A program made the position numbers and the translations under genes. 13,588 nt of DNA from Sulfurimonadaceae bacterium (GTDB taxonomy: Bacteria > Campylobacterota > Campylobacteria > Campylobacterales > Sulfurimonadaceae): assembly GCA_041562555.1 (NCBI GenBank), contig JBFEXS010000060.1, forward strand, positions 1 to 13,588, given 5' to 3'. The notes under the pieces were generated by a model. That model did not search any database. It had not been told where the DNA came from and saw nothing but the letters and a program-made list of their open reading frames with translations. The first letter of the stretch is position 1. The number at the start of each line of letters is the position of its first letter. Shown here piece after piece: positions 1 through 8,055 of this stretch.

Positions 1-65
1 TCATCTTTCATAGCACGGCCAATAGAATATTCGCGCCCACCGCTACCAAGTATCATTACATTCAT
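1..65 (-). CDS. purD: Phosphoribosylamine--glycine ligase (GAR synthetase), 5' fragment running off the left edge
   Basis: Manual minus-strand translation from ATG at 65 gives MNVMILGSGGREYSIGRAMKD, with the PurD N-terminal GSGGRE motif. SD GGAGA at 75-71 lies 5 nt upstream. An in-frame ATG at 68 is too close to the SD. Not in the ORF track. Confidence 0.93.
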   Translation of the reverse strand, partial: MNVMILGSGGREYSIGRAMKD

Positions 66-99
66 CATTATCTCCGATCAGGTTATTGTTCTAGTTTGC

Positions 100-145
100 A
101 GATTATTTATTAAAACTCATAATCATGAGCTCTGATCAATAATCT
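100..145 (-). other. Long imperfect RNA hairpin between the 6S RNA and the purD RBS
   Basis: Minus-strand RNA AGAUUAUU-G-AUC-AGAGCUCAU-GAUU-AUGAGUUUU-AAU-A-AAUAAUCU forms an 8-bp perfect outer stem and a 9-bp inner stem (two G-U) with a 4-nt loop. There is no U-tract after the outer stem. Confidence 0.6.
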
Positions 146-149
146 TCCC

Positions 150-345
150 TAGGGGTCCAGGTGGGCGTTCCGCGAAATGCTTTGGTTCTCAAAGCCGAAA
201 TAAAGCAGAACGAAAGTGTCCTATAGGTAGCAGATTCTAAGCTCATCGCCTCAAACAAAAATGCTTCACACAGACTCTCTTACGGCGTCCGCTATATGAA
301 TATGTAGAACCCCCTGATATGCGAGTAGTCGCACCACCCAGGCTA
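150..345 (-). ncRNA. ssrS: 6S RNA (epsilonproteobacterial 'purD RNA motif'); ends approximate
   Basis: Intergenic ~195 nt directly upstream of purD, the known location of this RNA in Campylobacterota. Hand folding gives a rod: closing stem CUGGGUGG (341-334) with CCACCUGG (164-157), then GCG/CGC, UCGC/GCGG and GGUUCU/AGAACC (311-306 with 189-184). An unpaired central bubble (305-294 opposite 203-190) is followed by AGCGGACG/CGUUCUGCU. It has its own extended -10 promoter just upstream. Confidence 0.88.
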
Positions 346-351
346 AGAAAG

Positions 352-380
352 ATTATAACAAATAAAAGATTAAAAAAGAG
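352..380 (-). promoter_or_regulatory. Housekeeping sigma promoter (extended -10) for 6S RNA/purD
   Basis: Minus strand reads CTCTTTTTTAATCTTTTATTTGTTATAAT: TGnTATAAT at 360-352, preceded by T-tracts typical of Campylobacterota RpoD promoters. Predicted TSS ~345. Confidence 0.8.
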
Positions 381-383
381 TTA

Positions 384-1019
384 TTACAGCAGAGACTTGG
401 CACACGCGACAGTGCTCTCCAGAGAGGTCTTTTCACTCACTATTGCCGTAATCCCTTGAGGTAAAGAATCACGGGTTGTCTCACCGATGCAAACGATCTT
501 ATATGTGGGTAGAAACAGATACTGTTTTAAAAAACATTTCACCGCCGATGGAGAGGTAAAAATACAGATGGCATCCTCAGGAAGGTCAACGGCCGTAAGA
601 TGCGAACATCGTGTCTCATATACGCTAAACGCATCTATATCAATGCCCCGCTCTTTTAACTGAGTTTCTATATCCACAGCAACTATTGTGGCATGGGGAT
701 ACAAGGCTTTGAGTTTGGGATATTTTGTTTGGATCATATCAATAATGTCCTTCCCGCTTCCTTGGGCCACGTCAAGCAACTTAGCCCCCTTTGCTTCTGC
801 AAAAGCGGCAGTTGCCTGAGAAATAGCCAAAACGGGAAGGTGTTTCCAGTCCCCTATTTTATCCAGGGCAGAGAGTGTCTCTTTGGAAGAGGCAATGACA
901 TAATCATAATCGGTGAAATCGATCTTGGGCTGAAGATAATAAGAAGACAATATCGGGATATGGTTTACATCAGGATGAGAAGTTTTAGAAAAAAGAAAAA
1001 TGGAGCTGTGCTTAGGCAC
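384..1019 (-). CDS. hemD: Uroporphyrinogen-III synthase
   Basis: 211 aa, GTG start. HemD-type motifs YDYVIASSK, AISQATA, VYET, IFTSPSAV and CIGETT. Starts 3 nt after the guaA stop. Confidence 0.85.
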   Translation of the reverse strand: MPKHSSIFLFSKTSHPDVNHIPILSSYYLQPKIDFTDYDYVIASSKETLSALDKIGDWKHLPVLAISQATAAFAEAKGAKLLDVAQGSGKDIIDMIQTKYPKLKALYPHATIVAVDIETQLKERGIDIDAFSVYETRCSHLTAVDLPEDAICIFTSPSAVKCFLKQYLFLPTYKIVCIGETTRDSLPQGITAIVSEKTSLESTVACAKSLL

Positions 1020-1022
1020 AGA

Positions 1023-2561
1023 CTACTCCCATTCTATTGTTGCCGGTGGTTTAGAGGAGATATCATACACTACACGGTTAATACCATCTACCTCATTGAT
1101 GATCCTGCGTGAGATACGTTCCAACAGATCATGCGGCAAATGAGCGAAGGTCGCCGTCATACCATCAACAGCTTCAACAACACGTACACAAACCGTGTTG
1201 TCATATGTACGATTATCTCCCATGACCCCTACAGACTTCACATTGAGAAGTACTGCAAAGGCTTGCCATGTCTTCGTATAATACCCGCTTGCTTTTAATT
1301 CATCAAGCAAGATCACATCGGCTTCACGAAGCAGGTCAAGATCAGGCACATTCACATCACCCATGATACGGATTGCAAGTCCCGGTCCAGGGAATGGATG
1401 ACGATTGATCATTGACTCAGGAAGGCCAAGTTCAAGACCGATTTTACGTACCTCGTCCTTAAATAACTCACGAAGCGGTTCGATCAACTCAAAATCCATC
1501 CAATCCGGAAGGCCCCCTACATTATGGTGTGACTTGATCACCTCAGATGGACCATTGACTGAGATAGACTCGATGACATCCGGATAAAGTGTACCCTGTG
1601 CTAAGAACTTGATACCATCATGTTTCTTCGCTTCTTTTTCAAACTCTTCAATGAAGGTATGCCCTATGATCTGACGCTTCTTCTCCGGATCAGACACCCC
1701 AGCAAGCTTACTTAAGAAATTATCAGCAGCATCTACAGTCACAAGAGGCGTTTTAAGGTTGATTTTAAACACTTCCTCAACCTGCTCACGCTCACCCTTA
1801 CGTAACAGTCCGTTATCAACGAATACAGGGATCAATTGATCACCGATTGCTTCATAAAGCATGGCAGCAACGACTGAGCTGTCTACCCCACCTGAAAGAC
1901 CACAAAGGACCTTCCCGTCACCAACCGTCTCACGGATCTTTGCAATCTGTTCTTTTAGAAAATGTTCCATCTTCCATTTTTCCGTTACACCACAGATCTT
2001 ACGCGCAAAATTGCGCAGCATCAGATACCCCTCAACAGAATGATTTACTTCCGGGTGGAACTGCATCGCGTAAATTTTCTTCTCTTCATTAGCAATTGCC
2101 GCATATGGGGAATTATCCGAAGTCGCTATCGGAGTGAAACCTTCAGGAAGTGTCTCCACACGGTCAGAGTGAGACATCCACACGATCCCGTTATCATCGA
2201 CATCCTCAAAAAGTGCAGATTTGGCACCAAGTGTCAACTCAGCTTTTCCGTATTCATGATGATCCGAACGAACGACGGAACCGCCAAAATCAACTGCAAT
2301 GCGCTGCATTCCATAACAGATACCCATGACAGGGATCCCCATCTCATAAACACCCTGGTCTACTTCATAGGCGTCTTTGTTATAAACAGAAGAAGGACCG
2401 CCTGAAAGAATAATACCTTGCGGGTTTTTCGCTTTAATATCATCTATACTTGAATGATAAGGAATGATCTCACAATAGATCTTATCTTCACGTAGACGAC
2501 GTGCGATTAACTGTGTATATTGCGAACCGAAATCAAGAACAATAATGCTTACATTTTTCAA
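1023..2561 (-). CDS. guaA: GMP synthase (glutamine-hydrolysing)
   Basis: 512 aa, TTG start with AAGG SD. Motifs [21 protein letters not shown] (catalytic Cys), [24 protein letters not shown] and C-terminal KPPATIEWE. Confidence 0.98.
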   Translation of the reverse strand: MKNVSIIVLDFGSQYTQLIARRLREDKIYCEIIPYHSSIDDIKAKNPQGIILSGGPSSVYNKDAYEVDQGVYEMGIPVMGICYGMQRIAVDFGGSVVRSDHHEYGKAELTLGAKSALFEDVDDNGIVWMSHSDRVETLPEGFTPIATSDNSPYAAIANEEKKIYAMQFHPEVNHSVEGYLMLRNFARKICGVTEKWKMEHFLKEQIAKIRETVGDGKVLCGLSGGVDSSVVAAMLYEAIGDQLIPVFVDNGLLRKGEREQVEEVFKINLKTPLVTVDAADNFLSKLAGVSDPEKKRQIIGHTFIEEFEKEAKKHDGIKFLAQGTLYPDVIESISVNGPSEVIKSHHNVGGLPDWMDFELIEPLRELFKDEVRKIGLELGLPESMINRHPFPGPGLAIRIMGDVNVPDLDLLREADVILLDELKASGYYTKTWQAFAVLLNVKSVGVMGDNRTYDNTVCVRVVEAVDGMTATFAHLPHDLLERISRRIINEVDGINRVVYDISSKPPATIEWE

Positions 2562-2673
2562 TTGGGATACCTTTTGGTGATCTAGTGGTAGAAGAATACT
2601 CTATTTATCATTAAAAGTTTGTGAAAGTAAAAGCTCTATATAAAAGCCGAATACAATGAAGATAGGAAGGAGA

Positions 2674-4086
2674 CTAGTGTCCCCCTTCCATTGGAAGTTC
2701 AAACTCCGTATTACACTCAGGACAGTGTGCTTTTGGAGCCTCTTTTTTATTGTGCACTTCATGTTTGTTGTACAGGCCTAGGACTTCGAACTGTGTATAC
2801 CAGATGGCAATTGACAGTACATAACCGACTAGGATCGTCCAAGAAAGGCGCATATGTGCACCAAAGGTATAAATACCTTTTAGTTTACCCATAACACCGA
2901 CTCCTGCCGCAGAACCAAAGGCGATCAATGATCCCCCGATACCTGCAGTCAATGTAACAAGAAGCCACTGATCCAGACCAAGATCCGGAGATGCTTTTAA
3001 CACTGCCGACATAACCGGAACATTATCTACAATTGCCGATAGGAAACCAACACCGACATTCACAACCGTCGGGTCAAACATATCATACAGTTTTACTGCA
3101 TACGCAAGGAAGCCTGCAAAGTGCAATGCACCTACCGCTGCCAAGATACCAAAGAAAAACAATAAAGTGTCATTCTCGACCTTAGCAATAGAGTGATAGA
3201 TATCCATATCTTCCTGATGCTTCTTCTGTAAAAAGTACACATAAAGCTTCAAGATAGAAAGACCGAACAACATACCCCACATTGGAGGAAGATGCATGAC
3301 CTGTTTTGAGAAGACTGCCGTGGCAATAGTAAATACTCCAAGGGCTACAATTACCTTACCGCCTTTAAGGATCTCGATACTTTCTGCTTTAGCATCATCC
3401 TCTTTACCGGGATGACCCTCCGGTACATAGCGACTCAACAGGTACGCCGTCACTAACCATCCCAGAACAGAAGCCGGGAACAGGTACAGGAAATCTACAA
3501 AATGCCCCTTGTTTGCCGTCCATGCCATAAGTGTCGTGATATCTCCGAAAGGAGACCATGCACCACCGGCATTTGCCGCGACGACAATATTGATCGCACC
3601 AGGGACCAAAAACTCTTTATTACTCTTGTCAATCGTGATCAAGACCGTCGAAAGGATCAATGCCGTCGTCAGGTTATCTGCCACCGGAGAGATAAAGAAT
3701 GCAAGTACACCCGTTACCCAGAACAGACCTTTATAACTATAACCTTTGGCGATCAGCTTCTCTTTTAAAGCATTGAACACACCTCTGTCAATCAACGCTT
3801 CGATAAATGTCATCGCAACATATAAAAAGAAAAAGATCTCAGCGATTTCCAAAATCAAATGAGCGATTTCTGTCTCAAAAGGTTTCATATTAATGCCGTT
3901 ATATGCATAAAACCCTCCGATAATCATAAACATCAATGTACCGATAAACAGGGCCGGTTTTGCCTTGTTAATATGATACTTTTCCTCCGCTGCAATAAAA
4001 TAATATCCAATTACGAATATTGCCAGTAACGCCCAACCTATAGGCTCTGACGCCATATCCAAAGTCTCTTCGACTGCTCTTGTCAT
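2674..4086 (-). CDS. nhaD: NhaD-family Na+/H+ antiporter (IT superfamily) with a C-terminal His/Cys tail
   Basis: 470 aa, multi-TM. NhaD signatures ISPVADNLTTA, AANAGGAWSPFGDITTLM, SAIVDNVP and GIGGSLIAFGSAAGV. The start overlaps the nadB stop (ATGA, 4086-4083). Confidence 0.92.
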   Translation of the reverse strand: MTRAVEETLDMASEPIGWALLAIFVIGYYFIAAEEKYHINKAKPALFIGTLMFMIIGGFYAYNGINMKPFETEIAHLILEIAEIFFFLYVAMTFIEALIDRGVFNALKEKLIAKGYSYKGLFWVTGVLAFFISPVADNLTTALILSTVLITIDKSNKEFLVPGAINIVVAANAGGAWSPFGDITTLMAWTANKGHFVDFLYLFPASVLGWLVTAYLLSRYVPEGHPGKEDDAKAESIEILKGGKVIVALGVFTIATAVFSKQVMHLPPMWGMLFGLSILKLYVYFLQKKHQEDMDIYHSIAKVENDTLLFFFGILAAVGALHFAGFLAYAVKLYDMFDPTVVNVGVGFLSAIVDNVPVMSAVLKASPDLGLDQWLLVTLTAGIGGSLIAFGSAAGVGVMGKLKGIYTFGAHMRLSWTILVGYVLSIAIWYTQFEVLGLYNKHEVHNKKEAPKAHCPECNTEFELPMEGGH

Positions 4087-5531
4087 TCTTCATTCTCCTT
4101 CATATAATGTACCCCTATTGAGGTCTTTCGCTTTATAGCAGATATCACTATCTCTTTAGCAGTTAACAATCGCAACTTCAAAAGACGTCCAATATGCTTA
4201 TGCAAGGTGTCCTCAATAAAGTCCAGGGCTTCCTGAAGTCCTTTTTGCGTACGTACAATCCCTACATCGTTCCACATTATACGACGAAGTTCACTCTTGT
4301 AATATGTATCATCCTCACAACGTAAACAATCTTTGCTGATTGGAAAGTTTTTTGGCACATAAGTAACACTTTTGGACTCAATTCTTCTAGCCGCACGTGC
4401 AGCAAAAACCAAACCTTCCAAAAGTGAGTTACTGGCCAAACGGTTTGCACCATGTACCCGCGTTGATGCCACCTCACCAATAGCATACAGGTTGTCTATG
4501 TTAGGGACTTCTCCGTCCAGATTCGTCTTGATACCCCCGATCGCATAATGAAAGGCAGGTGAGATAGGTACGCGATCCTTAGGAAGATTGAAACCGGCGG
4601 ATTTCAATTTGGAAGCGATATTGGGAAAACGCTTATTAAAATACTCGGGTTCAAAGTTTTCAAACGAGAGATAGACCTCTTGCCCCGTTTTCTGCTTATA
4701 ATCGAAAATCGCTCTAGATACGATATCGCGTGGCGCCAATTCTGCCCGTTCATCATAATCTTTCATAAATGCGTAACCATTTTTGTCCACAAACCTAGCA
4801 CCTTCTCCACGCAATGCCTCAGTCAGTAACTGTTTTTGTGCAGCATTTGAGCTGACGTATACGGTAGGATGAAACTGCAGCATCTCCATATGTTCAAGTT
4901 CGATCTGCTTTTCCAGACAGATACCCTGTAGATCCCCACTGATCGTAGACGCATTCGTATGATAGGCGAAGAGTGAACCCAGCCCTCCCGAAGCTATCAC
5001 AACACTTTTTGCAAAAATCTGCTTTAACTCGTCCCTATAGTTGACACAGACACCGTAGCATTTTCCATCATCTATAAGCAGGTCCGTGACCTGTGCGCCT
5101 TCAAGCATAGGGTGTATGTTGTTCTCCAGTAAAAAGCAGTGAAGGTAACGCCCTGTCGCATCCCCTCCCGCATGCAGAATACGTGAGGCTGAGTGAGCCG
5201 CTTCTTTGGTATAATGCAGTTCACCTTGAGGGTTCTTGTCAAATTGGAAACCTCTCTTGATAAGATCACCGACGACCTCTCTGCTGTGTTCGCTGAGCAC
5301 TCTGACTGCTTCTTCATCACACAGTCCCGCACCGGCGATCATAGTATCTTGGATATGTGAGGCTTCATCTGCATCATCCACAGCAGTAACAACTCCGCCT
5401 TGAGCGTAATAGGTATTACACTCCCACGGATGGTTCTTGTTGATGATAAGTACTTTCTTATTTTTAGGAAGATTCATCGCGGCATATAGACCGGCAACAC
5501 CGGCGCCAATAATTACTACGTCATAGACCAT
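4083..5531 (-). CDS. nadB: L-aspartate oxidase
   Basis: 482 aa. FAD-binding IIGAGVAG, TYYAQGG, EAAHSASRILHAGGDATG, QFHPT, LLTEALRGEGA, ELAPRDIVSRAI, HYAIGGI and HGANRLASNSLLEGLVF. It lacks the covalent-FAD His motif of SdhA/FrdA. Confidence 0.93.
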   Translation of the reverse strand: MVYDVVIIGAGVAGLYAAMNLPKNKKVLIINKNHPWECNTYYAQGGVVTAVDDADEASHIQDTMIAGAGLCDEEAVRVLSEHSREVVGDLIKRGFQFDKNPQGELHYTKEAAHSASRILHAGGDATGRYLHCFLLENNIHPMLEGAQVTDLLIDDGKCYGVCVNYRDELKQIFAKSVVIASGGLGSLFAYHTNASTISGDLQGICLEKQIELEHMEMLQFHPTVYVSSNAAQKQLLTEALRGEGARFVDKNGYAFMKDYDERAELAPRDIVSRAIFDYKQKTGQEVYLSFENFEPEYFNKRFPNIASKLKSAGFNLPKDRVPISPAFHYAIGGIKTNLDGEVPNIDNLYAIGEVASTRVHGANRLASNSLLEGLVFAARAARRIESKSVTYVPKNFPISKDCLRCEDDTYYKSELRRIMWNDVGIVRTQKGLQEALDFIEDTLHKHIGRLLKLRLLTAKEIVISAIKRKTSIGVHYMKENEE

Positions 5532-5558
5532 AAACTTAATTACTCACTCTTTTTTGAA

Positions 5559-5566
5559 ATTATAGC
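5559..5566 (-). promoter_or_regulatory. Putative -10 element for the nadB-nhaD operon
   Basis: Minus strand GCTATAAT (TATAAT at 5564-5559) with upstream T-tracts, 27 nt before the nadB ATG. Confidence 0.6.
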
Positions 5567-5692
5567 GACAAAAAGCAAAAGCCTTATGTCCATATATAAT
5601 GCTAGATTTTATTCTTATCTAGTTTACTGCTTTTCAGAAGGATAATATGGAGGTGCTTTATAACCGCATCCATTTAGACTTAACATCAAAAC

Positions 5693-5701
5693 TGTTATAA
5701 T
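5693..5701 (+). promoter_or_regulatory. Extended -10 promoter implying a leaderless transcript starting at ATG 5708
   Basis: TGTTATAAT at 5693-5701, then 6 nt (AGTGAT), then ATG at 5708. No SD between them. Confidence 0.75.
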
Positions 5702-5707
5702 AGTGAT

Positions 5708-6151
5708 ATGAAAAATTCTCAACAGCTTGTTTCTCATCTTCGCTCTCAATCGGCCTTTTCGCCTTTAGATAGATTACCCTGCATCAACGCCGTCAAGGAG
5801 CTTCTTCCTACACGGTTACATCGGTTTATTTTATTTGGATATATTCGTCATAACATTCTATTTTTTGCACTGAATCACCCGGGTGCAAAACAAGAATTCG
5901 ATAATATTATAAATTCTATAAAAGCACCTTTAAAAAAAATGCCGCCAATTTCCTGTAAGAACTTCGAAATATATGATGTGAGGGCTTTTGTTTCCCATAA
6001 AAAAACACTAAAGTTTCATACCCACAAACCTAAAGAAGTTCATTACTCGGAACGATCCAATGGGGAATTTGAGAACCATGTTGACGATGAAAAACTTCAC
6101 TCCATCATCGAAGAGATACGAGATCTGATTAAAACTAATGAAAACACTTAA
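5708..6151 (+). CDS. Conserved hypothetical protein, DUF721/DciA-like (tentative)
   Basis: 147 aa, basic. The segment FILFGYIRHNILFFALNHPGAKQEF resembles the beta-beta-helix KH-like core of DUF721/DciA by eye only. Overlaps the uvrC start by 14 nt. Confidence 0.55.
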   Translation: MKNSQQLVSHLRSQSAFSPLDRLPCINAVKELLPTRLHRFILFGYIRHNILFFALNHPGAKQEFDNIINSIKAPLKKMPPISCKNFEIYDVRAFVSHKKTLKFHTHKPKEVHYSERSNGEFENHVDDEKLHSIIEEIRDLIKTNENT

Positions 6152-7961
6152 CGAAACCCTGCTTAAACAGGTCAAAAACCTTCCAAAAACAGCCGGAGTA
6201 TATCACTATTTCGATGAGAATGGGAAACTGCTATATATAGGTAAGGCAAAAAACCTTCTTGCCCGTGTCAAAAGTTATTTTCGCTTTTCACCGAAGTTCG
6301 GCATCAACCCCAACCTTAGCAGCCGTATTCTAAAAATGCTGCATGAAGTACACTCTATGCATTACATTCTTGTCGAGAGTGAACATGATGCCCTGATTTT
6401 AGAGAACTCCCTTATCAAGCAGCTCAAACCAAAATATAATATACTCCTCAGAGATGACAAGACCTATCCCTATATTTATATCAATTCGGATGATCCCTTT
6501 CCCCGTTTTGAGATCACCCGAAAAGTCCTTTCACATAAATCCATTCAATATTTTGGCCCCTTCTCTACAGGAGCACGGGATATCTCCAATGCACTGTATG
6601 AATTATTGCCCCTGGTTCAAAGTAAAAGTTGTCTCAAAGGAGGAAAAGCCTGCCTCTACTATCAGATCAAAAAATGCCTCGCACCATGTGAGGCCAAAGT
6701 CACACCCAGTGCATATGCTCAATACATCGATCAGGGAATAGCCTATATCAATGATAAAAAAAAGCTTTGTCAGGATCTCGAAATCAAGATGCATAGCCTG
6801 GCGGAGGCCTTGCGTTTTGAGGAAGCTACGCTCTTACGCGACAGCATCGAAAAAATCAAAAAAAGCACCACCATTTCCCAAATGGACATGGCAAGCAGTG
6901 AGGATTTGGACCTTTTTGCTGTCGATTCCAATGAGAAAAGAGCCGTTGTCCTGCGTTTGTTTGTTCGGCATGGCAAAGTGATATCCTCTTCACATAATTT
7001 CATCCATCTCAATCACGGTTTTGATCGTGATGAACTGTATAAACGTGCTATCCTGGAGTTTTACCAGTTTTCTCCGCTTACCTCAAAACAGATCCTCGTT
7101 GCCCATGAATTTGAAGAGATGCAGGAGATCAGTGATTATCTTAAACAGAACTTCTCTTCAGCACTCAAACTCACCCATGCACAGCGGGGTCCAAAAGCCA
7201 AACTGTCTCAACTGGCTCTGACCAACGCCCAGGAGCTATTGAACAATTATGCGAAAGAGACGAGTCCGATGTATGAAGAACTCGAACAAAAACTACAAGA
7301 ACTATGTGAGCTAGATGTACAGCCAAAACGTATTGAGGTTTTTGACAACTCGCATATGCAAGGATCAGCTCCGGTAGGCGCCATGATCTGTTTTGAGAAT
7401 GGGGGCTTCAATAAAAGCGGCTACCGTCAATATCATCTTGAAAGCCTGGATGAATATGCACAAATGAAAGAGACCTTGACACGACGTATTCAAAGTGCCG
7501 AGTCCAACCCTCTGCCGGACCTTTGGATCCTAGATGGAGGGACTACCTTGCTGCACCTTGCTAAAGATATCTTAGACTCTCAAGGAATCAATCTGGAAGT
7601 CATCGCTATTTCAAAAGAAAAAATCGATGCCAAGGCACACAGAGCGAAGGGAAAAGCAAAAGATATCCTGCATACACATACCCAAAGTTTTGCTTTAAAC
7701 AGCAGTGACAGACGACTTCAATGGGTACAACGTATGCGGGATGAAGCACATCGGTACGCCATCACCTTTCATCAAAAAACAAAACTTAAACAAGACAAAG
7801 CTTCAAAGCTTTTACAGACTAAAGGGATCGGCCCGGCTAAGCTTAAAAAACTGCTAAATCACTTCGGTAGTTTTGAAGCGCTGAAGGATGCTACACAAGA
7901 GGATATAAGCCTCATTTTGGGAAAAAATGATGCAATCGAAATTAAGAAATTATACAAATAA
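6138..7961 (+). CDS. uvrC: Excinuclease ABC subunit C
   Basis: 607 aa. GIY-YIG domain (GVYHY..LLYIGKAKNL..RV), PKYNILLRDDKTYPYI, four-Cys cluster CLKGGKACLYYQIKKCLAPC, UVR motif LRFEEATLLRD, RNase H-like RIEVFDNSH / PDLWILDGG / RDEAHRYA, and C-terminal HhH GIGP. Confidence 0.97.
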   Translation: MKTLNETLLKQVKNLPKTAGVYHYFDENGKLLYIGKAKNLLARVKSYFRFSPKFGINPNLSSRILKMLHEVHSMHYILVESEHDALILENSLIKQLKPKYNILLRDDKTYPYIYINSDDPFPRFEITRKVLSHKSIQYFGPFSTGARDISNALYELLPLVQSKSCLKGGKACLYYQIKKCLAPCEAKVTPSAYAQYIDQGIAYINDKKKLCQDLEIKMHSLAEALRFEEATLLRDSIEKIKKSTTISQMDMASSEDLDLFAVDSNEKRAVVLRLFVRHGKVISSSHNFIHLNHGFDRDELYKRAILEFYQFSPLTSKQILVAHEFEEMQEISDYLKQNFSSALKLTHAQRGPKAKLSQLALTNAQELLNNYAKETSPMYEELEQKLQELCELDVQPKRIEVFDNSHMQGSAPVGAMICFENGGFNKSGYRQYHLESLDEYAQMKETLTRRIQSAESNPLPDLWILDGGTTLLHLAKDILDSQGINLEVIAISKEKIDAKAHRAKGKAKDILHTHTQSFALNSSDRRLQWVQRMRDEAHRYAITFHQKTKLKQDKASKLLQTKGIGPAKLKKLLNHFGSFEALKDATQEDISLILGKNDAIEIKKLYK

Positions 7962-7981
7962 GTTATATTTTGCGAGAAATA

Positions 7982-7990
7982 TGATATATT
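7982..7990 (+). promoter_or_regulatory. Possible extended -10 (TGaTATATT) for the signalling operon
   Basis: TGATATATT, one mismatch to TGnTATAAT, in the 94-nt uvrC-PAS gap. Confidence 0.35.
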
Positions 7991-8055
7991 GTTTCATCAG
8001 CTACGCTTAAATGGGCAGATTAGCTACATAAATAGCTATTTTTTAAAGGTTTTAT

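Noticed and set aside
150..345. Purine riboswitch, RNase P RNA or tmRNA upstream of purD
   Set aside because: The region is too short for RNase P or tmRNA and lacks their signature sequences and the purine-aptamer core. The rod-plus-bubble fold and location fit 6S RNA.
2624..2648. Intrinsic terminator after nhaD (minus strand GGCUUU-UAUAU-AGAGCU-UUUACUUU)
   Set aside because: The stem is only 6 bp with two G-U pairs and the U-tract is interrupted, too weak to call.
693..5332. Short ORFs overlapping hemD, guaA, nhaD and nadB
   Set aside because: They are antisense or out-of-frame to well-conserved housekeeping genes and show no protein-like motifs.
4083..5531. SdhA/FrdA flavoprotein subunit
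   Set aside because: It is too short, lacks the covalent-FAD His (TYYAQGG), has no Fe-S subunit gene adjacent, and its motifs fit NadB.
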